Positions 57,135-64,000 of a DNA stretch of 64,000 nucleotides are shown here, piece after piece; the first letter of the stretch is position 1, and each line of letters begins with the position of its first letter. The notes below the pieces were generated by a model. That model ran no database searches. It was given only the letters and a program-made list of their open reading frames with translations, and was not told where the DNA came from. Source of the stretch: Pseudonocardia sp. (GTDB taxonomy: Bacteria > Actinomycetota > Actinomycetes > Mycobacteriales > Pseudonocardiaceae); NCBI GenBank assembly GCA_050248815.1, contig JBFWRR010000007.1:5335-69334 (forward strand), in the 5' to 3' direction. The position numbers were made by a program, and so were the translations under genes.

Positions 57135-59675
57135 GTGACAGCGCCCCTGACGACCTACCCGTTCTCCGCCCTCGTGGGGCAGGACGACCTCCGGCTCGCG
57201 TTGCTGCTCAACGCCGTCCATCCCGGCATCGGTGGCGTGCTGGTGCGCGGGGAGAAGGGCACCGCGAAGTCGACGGCGGTGCGGGCGCTCGCGGCGCTGC
57301 TGCCGCCCGTCGAGGTCGTGGCGGGGTGCCGGTTCCGCTGCGACCCGGACGCGCCGGACCCGGGGTGCCCGGACGGGCCGCACCCGGCACCGACGGCGCG
57401 GACACCGGCGCGCGGCGCCGAGGCAACGCCGGTCGAGCCCGGGTCGGCGATGGCGCGCGCGATCGCGAGGGCGGACGTCGCGCTCGCGCTGGCCCGGGCC
57501 GAGCGGGCGGATCGCGACGACGAGTCCGGCTTCGGCAGTGACTCCGGGCCCGGGGCCGGCTCCGGCTCGGGCTCGGGCTCCGCTCCTCGTCCGCCCGGCA
57601 CGGCCGGTCCGGGGTCCGTCGCGAACGCGCTGGCCGCCGCCCGCGCCGCGGCGGCCGAGCGGGCCCGCTCGCGCGGGCAGGCCTCCGCCGGCCCCGCCGC
57701 CGCGGAGCGCGGCGCCGCGGGGGTCGTGCGCGTTCCCGCCCCGCTCGTCGAGCTGCCGGTCGGAGCCAGCGAGGACCGGCTGGTCGGTGCGCTGGACCTG
57801 GAGCGGGCGCTGGCCGAAGGCGTGCGGGCGTACCAGCCGGGACTGCTGGCGGATGCGCACCGCGGTGTGCTCTACGTGGACGAGGTCAACCTGCTGCCCG
57901 ACCATCTCGTGGACCTGCTCCTCGACGCCGCCGCGATGGGCCGCGCCCATGTCGAGCGCGACGGGGTGTCCGTGTCGCACGCGGCGTCGTTCCTGCTGGT
58001 CGGGACGATGAACCCGGAGGAGGGCGAGCTGCGTCCGCAGCTCTTGGACCGCTTCGGGCTCACGGTGGACGTGCGGGCCTCGCGCGAGGTCGACATTCGG
58101 GTCGAGGTGGTGCGCCGCAGGCTCGCCTTCGAGACGGACCCCGCCGGCTTCGCCGCGCGCTGGGCGGGTGCCGAGTCGGAGGTCGCGCAGCGGATCGCGG
58201 CGGCGCGCGAGCGGCTGCCCCGCGTCGTGCTGCCCGAGGCCGAGCTGCGGCGGATCGCCTCGGTGTGTGCCGCGTTCGACGTGGACGGGATGCGGGCGGA
58301 CCTCGTCATGGCCCGGGCGGCGCTGGCCCACGCGGCCTGGCGGGGCGCGGACGTCGTCACCGAGGAGGACGTGCGGGTGGCGGCCCGGCTCGCGCTGCCG
58401 CACCGGCGCCGCCGCGACCCGTTCGACGAGCCCGGGATCGACGAGCAGGACCTCGAGGACGCGCTGCGGGAGGCGGCGCAGGCGACCGGACCCGACGGCC
58501 CCGACGGACCCGACGGCCCGGGGGGCGGCCCCGGACCCGGGGAGCCGGACGGATCCGGGTGCGACGGTGGGTCGGCCGACCGGACCGACGACACCGACGG
58601 CGCGGACCGCGCGGACCGCGCGGACCGCGCGGGGGAGGGTGCCGACCGGGCCCGCGACGCCGCACCCGATCCGGGCCGCGGTTCCCGCGACGCCTCCGCG
58701 CACGCCCGGTGCGGGCCCACCGGAGAGCCGCGCGACGCCTCCGCCCGCGACGACGCACCCACCCGCGCCCTGCCGGCGCCGGGTGCGCCGTTCCGTGCCC
58801 GGCTGATCGAGGTTCCCGGCCTCGGCGAGGGCGCCCCCGGCCGCCGCTCCCGGGCCCGCACGGACGCGGGCCGCGTCGTCCGGCCGACCGGATCGGCCCC
58901 GAAGCGGGCCGCGGACCTGCACCTGCTCGCCACCCTCGCCGCCGCGGCGCCGCACCAGCAGGCCCGCCGTGCGACCCCGCGGGACACCGCCGATCCCGGA
59001 CGAGCGGCCCCCTCGAACGCGGGGAGCGTGCGAAGGGGCCACCCGTCCACGGGGAAGGCCGTCGACGTCCGCCCGCACGACCTGCGCGGATCCCACCGCG
59101 AGGGCCACGAGGGCAACCTCGTCCTGTTCGTCGTGGACGCGTCCGGGTCGATGGCGGCGCGAACGCGGATGGCGGCGGTCGCGGGGGCGGTGATGTCGTT
59201 GCTGCGCGACGCCTACCAGCGGCGCGACAAGGTCGGGCTGGTGACCTTCCGGGGCGGCGCGGCCGAGGTGGCGCTGCCGCCCACATCGAGCGTCCCGGCG
59301 GCGCAGGCCCGCCTCGCCCGGCTGCGCACGGGCGGGCGCACCCCGCTCGCGGACGGGCTGCTGCGCGCCCGGCGGGTGCTCGCGGTGGAGCGGCTGCGTG
59401 ACCCGAAACGCCGCCCGCTGGTCGTCCTGCTCACCGACGGGCGCGCGACGGTCGCCGCCCGCCCCGGCTCCGACCCCGTGGCCGACGCCCGTCGCGCGGC
59501 CGGGCTGCTGGCGGCCGACGGGGTGGCGTCGGTGGTGGTGGACTGCGAGAGCGGGCCCGTCCGCCTCGGGCTCGCCCGGACCGTGGCCGCAGCCGCGGGT
59601 GGCGCGCTGGTCACCGTCGACGAGCTGTCCGCGGACCGCGTCGCGGGCGTGGTGCGCGCCGCCCGGGCCGCCTGA
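57135..59675 (+). CDS. Magnesium/cobalt chelatase I-D fusion subunit (AAA+ plus VWA)
   Basis: [46 protein letters not shown]; VWA domain with VDASGSM, GGRTPL, LTDGR. Confidence 0.93.
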   Translation: MTAPLTTYPFSALVGQDDLRLALLLNAVHPGIGGVLVRGEKGTAKSTAVRALAALLPPVEVVAGCRFRCDPDAPDPGCPDGPHPAPTARTPARGAEATPVEPGSAMARAIARADVALALARAERADRDDESGFGSDSGPGAGSGSGSGSAPRPPGTAGPGSVANALAAARAAAAERARSRGQASAGPAAAERGAAGVVRVPAPLVELPVGASEDRLVGALDLERALAEGVRAYQPGLLADAHRGVLYVDEVNLLPDHLVDLLLDAAAMGRAHVERDGVSVSHAASFLLVGTMNPEEGELRPQLLDRFGLTVDVRASREVDIRVEVVRRRLAFETDPAGFAARWAGAESEVAQRIAAARERLPRVVLPEAELRRIASVCAAFDVDGMRADLVMARAALAHAAWRGADVVTEEDVRVAARLALPHRRRRDPFDEPGIDEQDLEDALREAAQATGPDGPDGPDGPGGGPGPGEPDGSGCDGGSADRTDDTDGADRADRADRAGEGADRARDAAPDPGRGSRDASAHARCGPTGEPRDASARDDAPTRALPAPGAPFRARLIEVPGLGEGAPGRRSRARTDAGRVVRPTGSAPKRAADLHLLATLAAAAPHQQARRATPRDTADPGRAAPSNAGSVRRGHPSTGKAVDVRPHDLRGSHREGHEGNLVLFVVDASGSMAARTRMAAVAGAVMSLLRDAYQRRDKVGLVTFRGGAAEVALPPTSSVPAAQARLARLRTGGRTPLADGLLRARRVLAVERLRDPKRRPLVVLLTDGRATVAARPGSDPVADARRAAGLLAADGVASVVVDCESGPVRLGLARTVAAAAGGALVTVDELSADRVAGVVRAARAA

Positions 59676-59757
59676 CCCTGCCGAACCCCGCCCGCGCGGC
59701 CTCGGTCGGCGGCCCGGCCCTGCTTCATGATCACCGCGGCAGGTGCGGGGCGCTCGT

Positions 59758-62521
59758 CTACGAACGCCGTGTACCGGGGGTGATGATCATGCCGGGGGTC
59801 GTCCGGTCGAGGATCTCCACCGTGCCCCGGCCGCCGTCGACGCGGACCCGGTCGCCGGTGTGCAGCCGGGTCGTCGCGTTCCCGCACCCCACGACCGCGG
59901 GCACCCCGAGCTCGCGCGCCACGATCGCGGCGTGCGAGAGCGGCGCCCCCACGTCGGTGACGACGGCCGCGGCGCGGGGGGAACAACGGCGTCCAGCCGA
60001 CGTTCGTCGCCGAGGTGACGAGCACCTCCCCGGGCCGCAGGGTGTCGGCGTCCTCGGCGGAGGTGAGCACCCGGACCGGGCCCTCGACCACGCCCGCCGC
60101 ACCGGGGAAACCCGCGACCGGGCCGTCCGCTGTGCCGTCGGACGGGTCACCGCGCCCTCCGCCCGCCCCGCTGCGGTCGTCCACCCGGTCGGTGCGTCGA
60201 TGCGGATCGGCCGCCCAGGCGTCCGGGTCGAACCTGCCGCAGATCCACACGGGGTAGGGCGGCAGCGCCGCATAGTGGGCGTACGCGGCCCGTCGCGCCG
60301 GCACGGCGGCCAGACCGGGAGCGGCGTCCGCTCCGGATCTGCCGGCCCCGCCCGGCCCGCCCGACCTGCCCGACCCACCCGGTCCGCCGGCCGCGGCGTC
60401 CCCACCGCGCTCACCCGATCCACCGGCGTCCAGCAGCGCGAGCAGCTCGTCGAGGCGCAGGAAGAACAGGTCGTCCCCGTGCCCGGTGACCTCGCCCGCG
60501 CGCAGCACCCAGTCCCGCAACAGCCAGAACACCCGCACCGCCTCGGAGCGGGCCAACTCCCGGTCCCTGGCCACGCGGGCCCAGGTGTCCAGCCTGCGCC
60601 GCAGGCTGCGCGCCCGCCTCGGTCCCGCGCGGTCGATGCGCTTCCAGGCCTGCGCCCGCGCGGCCTCCTGACGTTCGACGAGCGCGAGCCCGTCCGTGCC
60701 GATCTCCGCGAGCGCGGCGAGCTCGCGGTCCAGCCACTGCGGGTTCTCGGCGGGCCGTGGCGCCGAGAGCTCCAGCTCGTGCTGGCCGCGGTGGCCCCAC
60801 CGCGCGACGTAGGTGGCGCGGTCGATCTCGCCGCGCGCGAGGCGGGCCAGCCCGAGCACCGGGCCGAGGCTGTCCATCGCGCCGCCGCCCGGCCCGGCCC
60901 CCGACATGAGCAGCGCCGCGTCGCGCTCCCCGACGTCGCGGGCCAGCTGCCCGGACAGGGCGAGGCCGCCGTTGCCCCCGCGCGCGACCGCTCCGAGCAG
61001 CGCGGACGCCGAGCGCAGCAGCGACTCCAGCTCGGCGCGCCACAGTGCGGCCAGCTCCGCAGCGCCTGACCCCGCCGCAGCGCCCGACCCCGCCCCACAG
61101 GCCGCGATGCGCTTGCGCAGCTGCGCGCACCGGGCCGGGATCTGCTCGGCGTTGCGCGGGAACCCCCTGCGCAGCGCGGCGTAGCGGCGCTGGGCCGCCA
61201 CGGTGGGGCCGGTCACCGAGCGCAGCACCGTCCAGCGGGAGGCGCGCAGCCGCGGCACGCGCATCCCGTCGGGGATCCCCCCGAAGACCTGCACGAGGGC
61301 CTTGCGCGCCTTCGCACCGAGGAACACGGCGTCCGACATCGCGAGCAGCGCGCTGATGTTGAGGTAGAGCCGCCCGCCGATGTTGCCCGCGAGCGGGTGG
61401 CCCGCGATCGGCGGCATCGGCATCGACTCGTCGAGGAAGATCCGCACCACCGACCAGGTGATCGGCGTCATCACGTCCGGGACAGCCTCGCCGACGTTCG
61501 CGGACGTCCAGAGGAAGTCGCCGGTGAGGCTGTCGTTCCAGGCCTCGCCCAGGGTGGTGACGGGCCGGGCCTGCAGGACGTGCAACACCCCGCCGGCGCG
61601 CGCCCACTCGACGTCCATCGGGGTGCCGTAGAGCTCCTCGATCCGCGCGCCGAGCGCGGCCAGCTCGCGAGCCTCGGCGTCGGAGAGCACCGGGAGCCGG
61701 CGTCGTTCCTCGGGCACGGCCACCGTCACGGGTCCGCCGCCCTCGCGGCGTACGGTCATGACGGTCTTGTCGGCCACCCGGGTCGCGACGGCACCGCCGG
61801 TGACGGTGAGGACGTCCGGGGTGACCTGCCCGCCCACGACGGCCTCGCCCAGCCCCCACGCGGCGTTGATCACCACGCGGTCGCGGAGCCCCTCCACCGG
61901 GTCCGCGGTGAAGGCGACGCCGGAGGCGTCGGCGTCGACCATCCGCTGCACCACGACGGCGGTCGCCACGTCGTCTCCGGTGATCCCGGCGCGGACGCGG
62001 TAGGCGATGGCCCGGGCCGACCACAGCGACGCCCAGCAGCGGCGCACCGCGTCGAGCACGTCCGTGGCGCCGCGGACGTCGAGGAAGGTCTCCTGCTGTC
62101 CGGCGAAGGACAGGTCGGGGAGGTCCTCGGCGGTGGCCGACGAGCGCACCGCCACGGGCACGCCGCCCGCGGGGTCCTCGCCGGGAGCCGGGTCCAGCGT
62201 GCGGTACGCGTCGGCGACGGCTCCGGCGACCTCGTCGGGGACGTCGGCGAACAGCGGCTGGATCCGGGCCGCGGCCGCCTGCCGTGCGGCGTGGCGCCGC
62301 CCCGGGTCCTCGTCGTTCTCGGGGGTTGCGGCGAGGTCCGCGAGCGCCGCGGTGATCTCGGCGTGCAGCGGGGCGGCGGCGAGCCGGTAGGCGTCCGTGG
62401 TGACGCAGAAACCGCCTGGTACGGGCAGGCCCGCGGCGGCGAGCCGGGCGAGGGAGGCACCCTTGCCGCCGACGCGGGGCAGGTCGGCGGAGGGGTCGTC
62501 GAGCGGGATCACGATCGACAT
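59758..62521 (-). pseudogene. PEP/pyruvate-binding (RPH-like) phosphotransferase with a +1 frameshift at 59976-59981
   Basis: GGKGASL, VAVRSSATAEDLPDLSFAGQQET, DVEWA, LQARPVT. The His-swivel block SHAAIVARELGVPAVVG is in another frame; removing one C from a C6 run gives GWTPLFPRAAAVVTD. This could be a sequencing error. Confidence 0.85.
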
Positions 62522-62551
62522 GGCCCGCATCCTGGGCCATACGGTGGACCC

Positions 62552-63166
62552 ATGCCACAGGGACAGGTCACCACCGTGCCCGACGACGGGCTCACCACCC
62601 GCCAGCGCCGCAACCGCCCGCTGGTCGTCGTGCACACCGGGGAGATGAAGGGCAAGTCGACGGCCGCGTTCGGGCTGGCCCTGCGGGGATGGGCGCAGGG
62701 CTGGTCGATCGGGGTGTTCCAGTTCGTGAAGTCGGCGAAGTGGCGGGTGGGCGAGGAGGCCGCGTTCCGTGCGCTCGGTCGGGTGCACGCCCAGACCGGC
62801 GAGGGTGGGCCCGTCGAGTGGCACAAGATGGGCGAGGGCTGGTCCTGGGCACGCAAGAAGGGCAGCGCGGACGACCATGCCGCCCAGGCCGCGGAGGGCT
62901 GGGCGGAGATCCGCCGCCGGATCGAGGCTCAGGCCCACGACGTCTACGTGCTCGACGAGTTCACCTACCCGATCAAGTGGGGCTGGGTGGACGTGCACGA
63001 GGTGGTGGACGTCCTGGCCCGCCGGGAGGGGCGCCAGCACGTGATCGTCACCGGTCGCGACGCGGCGCCGGAGCTGATCGAGGCGGCGGACCTCGTCATG
63101 CAGACCACCAAGATCAAGCACCCGATGGACGCCGGGCAGAAGGGGCAGCGCGGCATCGAGTGGTGA
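62552..63166 (+). CDS. cobO: Cob(I)yrinic acid a,c-diamide adenosyltransferase
   Basis: HTGEMKGKSTAAFG, QFVKS, VLDEFTY, VTGRDA, KIKHPMDAGQKGQRGIEW. Confidence 0.96.
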   Translation: MPQGQVTTVPDDGLTTRQRRNRPLVVVHTGEMKGKSTAAFGLALRGWAQGWSIGVFQFVKSAKWRVGEEAAFRALGRVHAQTGEGGPVEWHKMGEGWSWARKKGSADDHAAQAAEGWAEIRRRIEAQAHDVYVLDEFTYPIKWGWVDVHEVVDVLARREGRQHVIVTGRDAAPELIEAADLVMQTTKIKHPMDAGQKGQRGIEW

Positions 63167-63419
63167 GCCGTCCGCGAACATCGCCGACGACGCCCCGGTC
63201 GTCCGCGGGGATTCCCGCCGCCCGAGCCGGTGCTGCCGACGGCCGAGGAGGGAACGGTTCGCCCAGGTCGGTGGCCTGCCGGGCGCGCCGCCGTGCCCCG
63301 TCGACGGCGGGCTCGCCGACGGCGACGCGGTGGGGCCCACCCGCGTGGTCCACACCCCCGGTCACACGGGCGGCAGCATCGCCCTGCACCTGCCCGCGCA
63401 GCGTCCGTTCGCGGGCTAG
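63167..63419 (+). pseudogene. Metallo-beta-lactamase-fold hydrolase remnant
   Basis: Pieces in three frames: ADDAPVVRGD, PPEPVL, and FAQVGGLPGAPPCPVDGGLADGD...VVHTPGHTGGSIALHLP followed by TAG. The HxHxDH N-terminal part is absent. Confidence 0.75.
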
Positions 63420-63430
63420 TGTCCGCGCAC

Positions 63431-64000
63431 GTGGACCAGATCAGACTCGGCTCGACCGGCCTGCACGTCTCTCGCATCTGCCTGGGGATGATGAGCTACG
63501 GCTCGCCCGCGTGGCGGGAATGGGTGCTCGACGTCGACGCCGCCCGCCCGCTGGTGCGCAGCGCCGTCGATGCGGGCGTCACGTTCTTCGACACCGCCGA
63601 CATGTACTCCGACGGCGCGAGCGAGGAGGTCACGGGCCTGCTGCTGCGTGAGTTCTTCGGCAGCCGCGACGACTACGTCCTCGCCACCAAGGTGTTCAAC
63701 CCGATGGGCCGTGGTCGCAACGACCGGGGACTGTCGCGCAAGCACGTCCTGGCCGGGATCGACGCGTCCCTGAGCCGCCTCGGCACCGACTTCGTCGACC
63801 TCTACCAGATCCACCGCTGGGATCCCGAGACCCCGATCGAGGAGACGATGGAGGCGCTGCACGACGTCGTCCGGGCGGGGAAGGCGCGCTACATCGGCGC
63901 GTCGAGCATGTACGCCTGGCAGTTCGCGAAGGCCCAGCACGTCGCGGACCTCGGCGGCTGGACCCGGTTCGTCTCCATGCAGGACCACTACAACCTGATC
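63431..64000 (+). CDS. Aldo/keto reductase (3'-truncated by the window end)
   Basis: Translated by hand: RLGSTGLHVSRICLG, FFDTADMYSDG, LATK, SLSRLGTDFVDLYQIHRWD, GKARYIGASSM. Confidence 0.93.
   Translation, partial: MDQIRLGSTGLHVSRICLGMMSYGSPAWREWVLDVDAARPLVRSAVDAGVTFFDTADMYSDGASEEVTGLLLREFFGSRDDYVLATKVFNPMGRGRNDRGLSRKHVLAGIDASLSRLGTDFVDLYQIHRWDPETPIEETMEALHDVVRAGKARYIGASSMYAWQFAKAQHVADLGGWTRFVSMQDHYNLI

Noticed and set aside
57380-57740. Intein in the chelatase AAA+ domain
   Set aside because: No N-terminal Cys/Ser block, no His-Asn C-terminal motif and no endonuclease motifs.
51577-62551. Cobalamin riboswitch upstream of cobD, cobQ, the chelatase or cobO
   Set aside because: The gaps are 19-32 nt, and no B12-box-like sequence was seen.
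59213-63355. Track ORF of 1380 aa as a single real protein
   Set aside because: Its N-terminal part is antisense to cobO, and its C-terminal part is post-frameshift read-through; the real gene is 62521 to 59758.
1-64000. Prophage, IS element or integrative element explaining the accessory genes
   Set aside because: No integrase, transposase, terminal-repeat-plus-target-duplication pair or clear low-GC island was seen.

Overview
A very GC-rich chromosomal window from an actinomycete, probably Pseudonocardiaceae. This assignment is inferred from gene content (an SsgA-like protein, octT/gpgP) and from many leaderless TAnnnT promoters. Bases 1-40.5 kb follow the conserved actinobacterial backbone: TIGR03960 radical SAM, TIGR03936, rne, rplU, rpmA, obgE, proB, MoxR/VWA, nadD, rsfS, gpgP, octT, degV, comEA, comEC, holA, rpsT, then the ATP-grasp/alpha-E/transglutaminase triad. 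Accessory genes are interleaved in it: a GNAT, a PCMT-like methyltransferase, RecQ, CBS, PrsW, AlkB, an AT3-SGNH acyltransferase, an ABC-F, a SAM-I-riboswitch-controlled thrC paralog and cyanase. Bases 40.5-51.6 kb are accessory: a PadR/methyltransferase pair, a large partner-switching phosphatase, a SALP, two paralogous small putative metal-binding proteins, an acyl-CoA synthetase and an amidase remnant. Bases 51.6-64 kb hold cobD, SURF1, cobQ, nadE, a chelatase I/D fusion, a frameshifted RPH-like phosphotransferase, cobO, an MBL remnant and an aldo-keto reductase cut by the window end. I found no tRNA, rRNA, transposase, integrase or CRISPR array. Most long ORFs in the supplied track are GC-rich shadow frames, and several true starts were re-placed by hand. 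All family assignments come from motif recognition by eye; no database search was run.
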